Source: Blasia pusilla (taxonomy: Eukaryota). Taken from it: a stretch of DNA of 64,000 nt. The translations under genes and the position numbers were made by a program. Shown piece by piece: positions 1-11,410 of this stretch (its first letter is position 1; every line of letters begins with the position of its first letter). The DNA is taken from contig CM114271.1 in NCBI GenBank assembly GCA_050084515.1, forward strand, positions 41,292,001 through 41,356,000, in the 5' to 3' direction. The notes beneath the pieces were generated by a model, which was not told the origin of the DNA, did not search any database, and was given only the letters and a program-made list of their open reading frames with translations.

Positions 1-2530
1 AGTCGTGTTCGTGCATTCATGGGATTGGCGAACTTCTATTGGCGGTACGTCAAGGGATTCAGTTTGATTGCAAAGCCGCTGACCTTGCTGACCAAGGTGG
101 ATCACGAGTGGCAGTGGGGGGATGAGCAAGAGCAAGCATTTCAATTGCTCAAGGGCAGGTTGACGTCTGCGCCCATCTTGAGGAGACCGAGATCAGGGGG
201 CGTCCTTTCCAGTTGCACACAGATTGGAGCATGTTGGGGCTTGGAGCGGTGCTCATCTAGCATGATGATGAGGGTAGAGAGTTTGTGATGGTTTACACTA
301 GCCGCTCGAACAACGATGCAGAGGCGAAGTACAACTCGTATGAGTGTGAGTGCTTGGCTGCAATGTGGGTTGTCGCGCATTTCAGGTGTTACTTATTCGA
401 CAACCCCTTTACCATCATCATTGATCATCAACCACTGAAGTGGTTGATGGAGTCTGACAAGCTTACAGGGAAGCTTGCGAGATGGGCTTTGTTGTTGCAG
501 GAATATGATTTTCAAGTGGTACATAGACCTGGGCCGCTCAACCAGGATGCAAATGGGTTGAGTCGTAACCCATGCACGAGTCAGCAAGATGCGACTAGAG
601 CTCGATGGCATGGAGAGAGTGATGAGGAGTCAGTGCCAGGATGGCACGCGTCAGCCTATTTAGGCATGTTGGCTATGGAGAGCCAGAGTGTGGAGACTTT
701 GACGGCGAGGTCTAGTGGAGAGTCCTTGGATCCCGAGGCCAGTGAGGAGACCACAGGCGGTCGAGATATTCATGATGATGGAGTAGTCTTGGAGTACCTT
801 CGAACTGATAGCGTTGCGAGCACCGTGGGTGCTAGAGAGCGGGATCGAATCCTACATCGGGCCAAACGGTTCTGTTGGGAGGGGACACATGTTTTGAGGG
901 TTTGGGAGGATGGTAGAGTACACAAAGTGCCGCATCAATTGTAGAGAGCATGACTAGTGCAACATGCCCACGAGGAGTTGGGTCACTTTGGGGTGAAGCG
1001 GATGTACAACTTGCTCCAGATTCAGTATTGGTGGCAAGGCATGCAGACCGATGTTTAGCAGTTTATTGCCAAGTGCATGGTGTGTGATCGGGTCTGAGGA
1101 TCGTTCAATGCTCCGACTTCACAGTTGCATCCATTACCGATCATAGGCTTAGGGTATATATGGAGTTTGGATTTTGCAAGACCTTTGCCTTTGACGGAGC
1201 GTCACAATCATTATGTGTTGGTAATGGTCGAGCACTTCTTGAAGTGGATTGAGTTGGTTGCATTGCCTGACAAAGCGAGTGAGGGAGTAGCTTATGCCTT
1301 CCTTGACAGAGTGTTGAGTCATTATGGCGCACCGGCTGAGGTGTTGACAGACTAGGGTACGGAGTTTCGCGGTGAGTTCCTGGCCTTGTGTGATTAGGCA
1401 CTGATCAACCACCGCACGACTTCGCGAGATCATCTCGAGGTGGATGGATTAGCGGAGAGAGTTGTGTAGACGGTGAAGAGGGGTTTACGCAAGTACGGCT
1501 TGCAGAGAGGTCACCTAGGAGATTGTGACCTCCAATTTCCATGGTTGGCGATGGGATACAGATTTAGAAGGCATGCATCCTAGGCGTCTTTTTCACCATT
1601 CTTGCTACTTTATGGCCAAGAGCCAGATTTACTTGCGGCCATTCATCGAGATGCTGGTGATGTGCTGGACCTTGATGACCCAGATGTATGGATGCGAGCA
1701 TGTTCTCAGAGGGTTGAGTTGTTTCGGAGAGTGATGCTCATGGCGTTCGAGAACTTGGCGATTGCGCAACATTGGGATACGTTGAGGTATGCGACTATTG
1801 AGGGTGGTGGTTATCGACCAATTATCCGGAGGTTTCATCAAGGAGATTATGTCTACTTGCAGCAGACGGCACCAACGACGTTGGATATGACTGCAAGGCG
1901 CACTATCTTGAGAGCGCGTGACGTTTTTCCATCAGGTGTTCTTTTGCTAGAGGGACGTGATCGTATGGTATGGAAGGAACATGTGCGTAATTGTACGCCA
2001 TGTCACCTTCCTACCATTGATGGTACAGTAGATCCAAGCTCAGCAGTAGTTCTTGCAGGCTTGCGTTGTATGTTGTGTGGTTCTGCTCGTGGTGCGGCCA
2101 CAGTGCTAGTCACTGATGGATGTTCGAGAGGTTGGCATATGGCATGTCTGACGCCACCTCTCACTAAGGTTCCTCGGGTACGATGGATGTGTCCCAGATG
2201 GACATAGAGGAGATACTAGGCAGGTTTTGATTCTGACTTTCTCTGTGACATGGATGATAGGAAGACGACTAACGATGGGGCCACATGAGCACTCGGCCTT
2301 TTTGCTCTTAGCGTCCTAGAGATGTATGTGGTGGTAGGTAGGGATAGATGGCTATATGGAGTTAGAGGGACCTAACCAGCAGCTAGGGGGGCGATTGGAG
2401 ATATTTTGGTACTTCTCGCCTCTGTGTTTGGATGCCATGAGTTAGCATGGGATCGTGCGTGTTTGTGTGTATGTGTTCGGTGACAATGATGTATGTTGTG
2501 TAGCGATGTGTATACGCACGACATTGTGCT
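1..2530 (+). mobile_element. Degenerate Ty3/Gypsy 3' half: RT thumb, RNase H, integrase, PHD finger, 3' UTR, PPT and start of LTR
   Basis: RNase H motifs ECECLAAMW, IDHQPLKWL and KLARWALLLQEYDF; integrase HEELGHFG and WSLDFARP...EVLTD; PHD CMLC...GWHMACLTPPL..VP..RWMCP at 2067-2207; purine tract AGCTAGGGGGGCGA at 2381-2394. Many stops and frameshifts. Confidence 0.92.
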
Positions 2531-2532
2531 GG

Positions 2533-3515
2533 CTATGATGCTAGTACGTAGGAGCTCTGATCCACAACCTCCACATTGTCATGGAAATCATGACTATCCC
2601 TCACCTCCTCATTGACCTCTGGATCTGGAGACTCATCATATGAGCCCACCACTAGAATCACCACTTGTTGCTGATCTGACATAGTCAACCAACAAAGAAA
2701 GGCAGATGCATGCCAATTGGGCACCATCTCCTCATCACTATCTCCATGCCATCGAGCTCCAATGTCGTCTCTCTAACTTGGGCATGGGTTGCGTCTCAAC
2801 CTATTTGTATCCTGGTTCACTCAATGTGGCCTATGAACCACCTCAAACTCATACTCATGTAGTAGTAGAGCCTACCTAGCAAGCTTCCTCGTAAGGTTTT
2901 CGGACTCCATCAACCACCTCAATGGCTGATGAGTGATAAGTGTGAAAGGGTTGTCGAATAGATAGCACCTGAAATGTGCCATGATCCACACTACAGCCAA
3001 GCACTCTCCCTTGTAGGAGCTATACTTTGCCCTTGGAATGTTATTCGATCGGCCCGCATAAGCGACAACAAACTTCCTCTCCACATCATCTCTCTAAGTG
3101 AGCACCACTCCTAGACCCAACATTCTCCAACTATATGTAACTTGAATGGAAGACCACTAATTGGTCTATGTAAAAGGGATGAGGACGTGAACCCATTCTT
3201 GAGCTCTTGAAATTCTTGCTCTTGGTCATCTTCCCAATGCCAAACTGGATCAAGTCTCATCAGGAAGGTTAAAGACTTTGCAATCGCACTAAAACCCTTG
3301 ACATACTATCGATAGAAGTTCGCCAGTCCCAAAAATTCTTGGACTTGACTTACATCTGTAGGGCGTGGAATTTACGCAATAACCTCCACCTTCATCTATT
3401 GAACACCCAACCCATCTGGGTATATGGTGTATCCTAAGTACTTTATCTGCTCCTGAAAAAACTTGCACTTGCCTGGATGTAACTTAAGTCCATGTAACTA
3501 CAATCGTCTAAAGAT
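2533..3515 (-). mobile_element. Inverted fragment of the same Ty3/Gypsy family (RT end and RNase H)
   Basis: Minus-strand ORFs FVVAYAGRSNN...YKGECLAVVW...HQPLRWLMES and MVPNWHASAFLCWL match the plus-strand copies. Confidence 0.88.
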
Positions 3516-4299
3516 TTACCCTCTTAGAAGAGTGACTTGGTTGAGTTCTATTCTTAGAGAGTTTCAAGAGTCTGATTTGAAATGGTTATTTGGGGAGACT
3601 TATCGTCTTAGGGGAGTTTTTTCATACTAGTGATAATGCATGATTTTGGTTTATTATTTTCCCAATGAGAGTGGATTACTCTTCTTGGGAGAGAAACTCC
3701 GACAAATTCCATTTTTGAGGAGAGTAGAGAATGTCCGTTAAGTATGGATAGGGATGGAGCATGAGTCGTACCCGATTTTCCTTAATTCGTACCACGTCAA
3801 GGTTCTCTTTGTAGATAGGCACTAGTTTACTCGCTATCTAATTTACCACTTTGGGGAGGCATTTATGAACCTGGTCATGCAATCCCCAACTCCGGTGATT
3901 CTTCTTATTAACACATATACAAGGATATGGGATTGTAGTTTGTATGTCCTTGTATAGCGATTCATGGATGTTAATAGGCCTGCTCAAGTAAGGTTTAACA
4001 CTAGTTGTGCTATTTTTCTTGTGAACAAGGGTAAAACAGTTTACAAGGATTTTATAATTAGCAATTTCAGGATTCTAGGTTATGAAGAAGTGATCACCTC
4101 GGCACTACCATTCGTGATTCTTGTGCTAAGAGAATTGAGAGTATATAATAATTATGTATTGAAAAAAGAGAACTTCTTAGAGAGTTCATCTGCATCAACC
4201 ACATCTACTACAACTAGAAGGTCCACCCTCACTTGAAGAAAATCTTTCGACACGACACCAAAGCCGAGAGAGTCAGGTGACAATCGAGCTTCGGGATTG

Positions 4300-7200
4300 G
4301 AGACGTTGCACCATTGGAAACCACACCCGTTGTGTGCAAGTGTCCAGATAAGGGTGCTAGAGTATTAGATCTCTTTGGAGGGATTAGCATGGGATTGGTT
4401 GCGGTGTTGCAGGTAGGCATACATATCCATCATTAACTTTATGTGGAGAGAGATGAGATCCCACGACGAGTCCCATGGGGTCACGTGCATGGCGAGGTTA
4501 ATCTAGAGATAAGCTTGATCTATTGCCGATATCTGCAATCTGGGATTACCGGCATACATTACCCATCGATATTTTGTTGTTTGGGGCATAGGACCTAGAT
4601 AGAGTTGGTACCATCCATTTGGTGATTTTTGGATGGCCATGTCAAGGTCATTTATTGGCTAGCCAAGGGTTTGGATTGCAGGATCCGAGGTTAGAGATAT
4701 TTTGGGAGACGTTGCGAGTGTTACGATACTTACGGGAGAATCAGACATATTTTTTGGCATACGCTCTAGAGAACGTGCCACTGTTGGGAGATACTCATGC
4801 ACGGGTGATGTTGAGTGTGCTTCAAGTGAGGTGGTGGTTGGGACCTACCGTATTCTTGGATGCGGTGAAAGTTGGATCTCATGCACACCATCCATAATTA
4901 TGGTGGTTAAACTTTCTACCATCAGAGGTACTAAGACGATGAGCTTATGATGGAGTTCAGAGAGCAACACACTTGACAGTGGAAGAGATCTTGAGTCCGG
5001 GTCGTCGGTCTTATGTGGTGACTCGGGATGATATACCATTATTGGCGATAGCCAATAGGGTGGGGAAGTTGAGGGCAGCCTTACCTACTTTGGGGAGCTT
5101 CCCTACATCCCATGCCTTTTGTCAAGGAGGGATTGGCCTGATTTGGGATGTAGAGACATGAGCATTAAAAGAGCCTACTATTGATGAGTGCAACCAAGCC
5201 ATAGGTTTTGCTATAGGTACTACGACGGTGCCAGATGTGACGGAGGCATGTATCGAGGTAGGCGATGGACCTCAACTATCTCACATGGATAGTCAGTCTA
5301 GGTATTTTTGCGTCGAGCGGATGCGAGTGTCATCCACGCCGTCACATCCACAAGTTAGCCCATTGCCTATAGGTTGTGTAGAGCCATTCGCTGGGGGTAA
5401 GAAGAGAAGAGACAAGTACCCATGGACTTCTTGGGACGTCATTTTGAGTAGAGAGTGTGTGCAGAGGTGTGCAGAGTAGCACATGTTCATTTTTCAGATA
5501 TAGATCGATCATGATGTGGGAGGTCAAAGTGGGGTGACTGTAATAAACATGGCTAGGTTTGCTACATAGCAACCAAAGCCGGAGGTTGCATCCTCTTTGA
5601 GTGAGGTCATGATGGAGACTTGGGAGCCTGTAATAGGTCTTGAATTGATAGGAGGAGAGAGATTGTGGATACATAGGTTTATGAGAGGCCATGTGGATTT
5701 TTTGCCTTCAATATGAAAGACTTGGGTACTTTCAAGGGTCCCGGAATACGGATAGATTTGGCTAGTGATACGCCAATCTTTCGTCGACCCTACAATTATT
5801 CAGATATGGAGCGAGCCTTGATTCAGAGTAGGAGTCAGGACTTGTGGGAGGTAACACAAGTGGAGTTATCACATGGGCAGTATGCATCTCCCACAATCAT
5901 GCATGCCGGAAAAGAAGGATATATATGGCAAGTGGACGTGTAATGTACAAGAGTTTCTATTTTATAGTCGTTTTAATAAGTTCGATCCCCAAGAGGATCA
6001 TTGTTTGATGAAAAGAGAGTTAAGAATTACAATTCTGTTGTAATAGTTGTATTACAACATGATGTGTGTGAGTTATATTCAATGTTTTATCAATATCTTC
6101 TGATCTTTCTTAGTACCAAAGGATCTTTCCTCGATTCTCTCTAGTGGAATTGACAGCATGTTTAGGTAGATTTTCCTCTCGACATCAAGAAACCTCACAG
6201 AGATCTCAACACAAAAGCTGGCTTCTCCTACTTTCGAAACTCAATCCGTCTCGGCAGGCTACTCTCTGTCAAACATATTTCCTACAACTCATGTTGATTA
6301 TTTCAGTGATGAGAAAGGTTCGCCTGATTCACTCTTCACTCTGCAGACCCAAAAAGGAGACTCAGACATAAGCATCGCACATCAGAATGAATGAATGATT
6401 GCTTTACTACTCCATCAAGAACGAGAAAGCTTCAAAGTGTATACAAGCTCGAGAGTGTACTACTCTCTTGCTCGGACCATTCCTACAACATAAGGACTTC
6501 GTAAGAGAATGATGATTATGGCTTCTGCCTTGCTTCTTAAATATTCGCTGGAGTGGAAGTGATCCAAAGATTCGAAACGTTCTTGATGAAGCTAGTGTCT
6601 CTTCACTATTTCTAACTACATAGATCTATGGTTCTCTTAGCTTTTCCAACGATCCTTGTGAATCCGCGGTACAAAATTGTCCTAACTACCAATTTGATAC
6701 AAAGGGTCACGCCCTTTCCTAGTCTAACTGTTCTAACTATGTGTCGCTTGAAATCACAGTCCTTCTTAGCTTCGCTTTGCTGGACTTTATGAGGACGAAG
6801 TACTCCATGCTTCGTTCTTACTTCCGGTGCTTCGTGCTTCGTGCAAGAGCGAAGTACTTCTTTCTTCTTTTCTTCGTGATGCTTCGTTATGTAGCAAAGC
6901 ACTTCAAAGATAGAGCTTCGTACATCTTCGTTTAACTTCGTTAAACTTCGTTCTGAGTCTTGAGACTTCGTTATTGTGTTTTCCTCTCCTCTAAGGCAAA
7001 TCCTTGATCTTCCATCTCTTTGCCTTGTCTCAGGAGCTTCGTGATTCACTCATTCTTCATAATAATAAAAAATAATCATAATCAAAATCATAATATACAA
7101 GAGTCTTCGTTGAATAAAAAGATATATTCTTCAAGAGTACAAAATTGTGGGTATCACAGGACGGATAGGCAGATGTGTGGAAATTACCATCCTATCAACC

Positions 7201-7548
7201 CACAGAGGAGGTTAGATCGGTACGCCATACCTATCCCCAAGGAGATCTTTGATGCAATAGGGCATGCAAAGATCTTCGCTACTTTAGATTTTCGTTTTGG
7301 CTATCATCAACTTTCTATTAGGATGGAGGACAGAAAGAAGATAACATTTGGGGGGATAGATCGATTTAGGAGAGATTCTTTATATCACTAGCAGTTCTTA
7401 CCATTTGATTTGAAGAACCCCTCTGCGGAGTTCTAGAAAGTGATGGATAGGATTTTGGTTGGCTTGGATTTTGTATGGTGTTACATAGATGATATTCTTA
7501 TCTTCACTTCCACGGTTGAGAAGCATGAGTGACGCTTAGAGGAGGTGC
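4300..7548 (+). mobile_element. Ty3/Gypsy fragment with C5 DNA methyltransferase domain followed by RT, interrupted by a solo LTR
   Basis: LDLFGGIS at about 4365, WPCQG at about 4634, ENV at 4769; RT start GIRIDLASDTPIFRRPY; RT resumes TDRQMCGNY at 7162 and reaches CYIDDILIF at about 7480. Confidence 0.88.
5939..7158. mobile_element. Solo LTR (1220 bp) of a different LTR family inserted into the RT
   Basis: Starts TGTAAT and ends ATCACA; flanked by a perfect 5-bp TSD GGACG (5934-5938 and 7159-7163); the RT reading GKWT/DRQMCG is continuous once it is removed. Confidence 0.9.
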
Positions 7549-8049
7549 TCTCATTGGAAGAGCAAGCAAGCAAATTCCATCCACTCAATAGCAACAAAGG
7601 AGACTCAAGAAATGAAGTAGAAGGTGATGAACCTTCCTTTTAATATTCTCACGGGATCCACAAGAATACAAAATAGGGCTAATGTTTTCTTGTGCCACAT
7701 GGCTTCCTCTCAAGGCTTAGCCAATCTCATTTTGACACAATTAGATTACATGTTATCTCCTCCAAAATATTTTCATCAACTTACTTCATATCCTCCAAAC
7801 TACCCCAACTACCCTATCCACTAACCAAGACTACTTTTTTTTTTCATTAATACACTAATCCCACTACTTTACTTTTATATTCACATGTCTCATTTATTAC
7901 CTCTTTTCCTAAAGTTGGGCCCGCATAAACGAGCCAACCTTAAGAGGTTTAAACATCTAAATTTCATTTTCCTAAGCTAATTTACTTACTAATAAAACTC
8001 TCTCTAACACATCATGAGAGAGAAGTATACATAGTAGGTGATTTTACTA

Positions 8050-9570
8050 TACGACACCAGAATAAAGGCACGACTCAATGCGTGCCTCACGAGGTCATTT
8101 GCACTCCTCTGCAACTCACGCCTCGTACCCCACAATGGTGAAGATGTCTCAAAAATATGGGAAGAGACATTGAGCATTGTGTGTCTCTCCTAGGGACTAT
8201 CCACTATTGGGATGTCCTTTGCATGTGTGTTCACCGTATCTCTCACTTATCAACCACCCCGTCCCACAAACTGTACAGATAATTGACTCATCCGACCATC
8301 ACCTAATCGACACCTTGGCCGATAGGCAACGATCTCCTCCCAAAAATCAAGGATGAAGCCTAAGGGATATAACACAGCACTCCCTACCAAAACATCGTAT
8401 GACTCATTTGATGTCATGATCACACGTGTGCCTACCATAGCACGATTCGTCGTGTGTTCTGGCTGGACTTTGACAATTATCTCCTGTCGAGTCATATACT
8501 ACGTGGGTGACACACCCCCACTAGAGGTATGTATCTGGAAGGGACAAGGCTTAATGTTGCCTTTTTGTAACCCCAACAAAAGACACGCCGTCAAGTGTCT
8601 TTGGAAGCGCAACATTAGGAGTTGCGCTTCCAAATCAAGTAGGACGCGTTGTGGGTGGTACACCATACCTGTGGGACTAACCAAATGAAAAACTCTAGCT
8701 TGGTTATCCAACAACATCATACTTGGTGTTACCATGGCTTGCTCTATTGCTAGCCTATCTAGCATATCTACCAACTTGGCCGTTGCAGCATGCCATAATT
8801 GAGTGGAGGATGTCCCAAGCACCTCCTCTGAGGGCAGGTCCACCACCTCATGAAGAACCACCTCTAAACGAGAGGCAATCACCTCACCTCACCACACTCA
8901 CATAATGTGGTGGGTAGCCAAAACACCTCCGCCAGTAAAACTCCTATAGTCTCCAACTTCATGGCAAAAAGCAAAAGAGCCTAGCTCATCCTAGTGGCCA
9001 TCTCCAACAACGTGGTTGACACTAGCTCCACCCAAGCCGGCATAGGAGTTGCCTCTCCAACCCACGTGACCTCCATGCACTTGCCTCACCTGTAGGCACT
9101 ATTGATTGTTGAGGCACCATTGATGCTAACTAAAGTGCCTCTGACAATGTAAAGGACTATGGAACCCTATCCTACTGCCCATCGGTCCCCTCTTGTGGAT
9201 CGATCTCCATCCCATCTCTTGGTGGCTCAGTCATTCTCGGAGCACCTTGAGTCACTACTCCAGCAACCTCTACCTAAGATGCACTACACATAAATTCCAT
9301 ACCAAAGAAATCCTCACCCGTATTGTGGTAAGAAGTGGAGGCCCTACCCAACGTAGATAATCTTGGGTTCGGCTCCATCCCTAGTTGTATTATTGTCACG
9401 ACCGCAATCCTATACTCCAACTGATCGATGCATGCACCTCCTATGCACGCGCTCCATCTCCTCTAGCAGTTGGTGGACCTCGACCACCTCGACCAAATCC
9501 TTTGTGACCCCCATCCAGACGACTGTTTCCAGCGGTGGGCCTACCTCTCGTCAACGTGCCTCGCGATGAA
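8050..9570 (-). mobile_element. Degenerate gag/aspartic-protease region of a Ty3/Gypsy element
   Basis: VYHPQRVLLDLEAQLLML resembles the retropepsin LLDSGA site, followed by ESYDVLVGSAVLYPLGFILDFW (DxLxG-type motif). Membership of the DNMT family is inferred, not shown by contiguity. Confidence 0.65.
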
Positions 9571-9599
9571 GATCGAAACACCAATTTTTAGTGTGACCA

Positions 9600-11410
9600 T
9601 TTTGATGGCAATAGTCACACTATAATTGGGGGGGCATTCTAGCTGGTTCCTGAGCAATCCGAGGCGTCCATGGCCCTCTACAATGCTATGGGTATTCCGT
9701 CTGCCTATGGGTCCCACCACACATCCAATAGAATATCATGTGTCCCTACTACCTAGGGTTCGATCATTGCCTTATGGGCTCACGATGCCCGCCCTGCTCT
9801 TTGAGCACATGGGCGCGCTTCTGTGGTACTGGTGTACGTTGGAGCACCTATGGATTACTGCGACTTGCAAACCTGTTGATTCTTGGGAAAATCTTGTGGT
9901 CACCACCTAATCCTCACTCATGTTGAGCTTAAGCCGATCAAAAAACTCAAACATCACCTTCAACGTGGGCTTCGCTGTGTGAAGCAACATTGCATCACGA
10001 ACTCTTCATAGTTCTCGGGAACTTCGTACTCATTCACTCCATATGTGGCAATGATTAGTCATCGGTGCATCCTAGGTGGCTCCCGAGCAATCAGAGGCGC
10101 CCATGGCCCTCTACCATGCTATGGGTTTACCTTCGGTCCCACCACACATCCAATAGGCCATCACCGATCCCTACTGGGCAACACACGTCGAAAGGGGTCG
10201 TTGCCTCATCGGCTCACAATACGTGCCTTGCTCTTTGAGCACACTGGCCCGCTCTTGTGGTACTAATACATGTTGGGGCACCTATGGGGTTATTGCAACT
10301 CGTAAACTTGTCAACTTTCGGGAAAATCTTGTGGTCAGCACTTGCTCCTCACTCATGTTGAGCTCAATCCGCTCAGAAAACTCGAAGACTACCTTCGGTG
10401 TGGGCTTTGCTATGTGAAGCAATATTGCATCTCGGACTCTTTATAGTTTGCGGTTGTCACATCTGGGTAGCCGATAGGCCGAGATCTATAGTGGATAGGG
10501 CGTAGGAGCCAGCGGACTATCTCGAGTGTAACTTTGTCCCAGTGTGTCGGATGAGGTTAAGGATAGGTCCATTGTGTCAAGAACGTTGTTTCTGATAACT
10601 TTCATGTTGAGGTCTTTCACATCCGGGTGACTTGTTGATGAGGTCACCCGCCTCTGGTAACCTGTGCGCGTAGGTTACCAAGGGGAGGGCTATTTTTAGG
10701 GGAAGAGCCAAAAGGCTCTTCCCAACCCTATATAAGAGAGGAAAATGGCTTTCCTAAGCCATCTTTCTCATGTTGGGCCATTGGAGCACCTCTCTTGTAT
10801 GTTTTTGAGATAGGACTAGGGTGCTAGCATCCGGATTCCTTGATAACACAGGGTGGACGAGGCTCGATATGCCGATGTAGATTGAGGAGTGGAGTTTTAG
10901 GCCGGATGTGCTGTTTTTACTACTCTTTATTTTTACATGAGAAAGATGTCAGGGGGTGGTGGGAATTCGTTGTTTGCACGTAGGCAAGCGAGTTGCCTTG
11001 GTCAGGAGCCCCTAGAGACGCGTGTGTTGCAGATGTTGGTCATTTTTTGTTTGGAAGGTCGTGGGCGGAAGCGCTGTCCATTTTTCTCAGATTTTTGGCA
11101 AGTGCGGATTGATAAGGGACATAAGCTAAGTGTAGCAGAAAGTGTGGCGTCGGGTGTACGCGAGTGAGGGTGTCGGAAAAGAGCAGGAGGCGGCCGAGTC
11201 GCGGGGGCGGCTAGAAATTAGGTCGCAAAGGCGGCCGGAGGTTACTCAGGGCGCGGACGATGGGCATGGACATGCGGTGATGGCCCCCCCCAAGTTGGGG
11301 AGGCCCATAGGGGTGCAGGCCAGCCCCCCCTCCGCATTTATATCTCCCACCCCCTTTTTTTGGACATGGTTGGCGCCTACCACGCAATGTGGTAACTGGG
11401 TCAGGCGTAA
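9600..11410 (+). mobile_element. Probable LTR/5' leader of the Gypsy family, with a ~430-bp tandem duplication (about 9600-10020 and 10040-10450)
   Basis: Two diverged copies of GAGCAATCMGAGGCGYCCATGGCCCTCTAC. 10021-10060 matches 17690-17730, and 17648-17680 matches the post-PPT sequence at 2490-2525. TATATAA at 10729. Homologous to the minus-strand copy at 19000-19490. Confidence 0.6.

Noticed and set aside
6612-7049. 145-aa minus-strand ORF as a gene
   Set aside because: Inside the solo LTR, low-complexity CTTCG-rich sequence, no recognisable domain.
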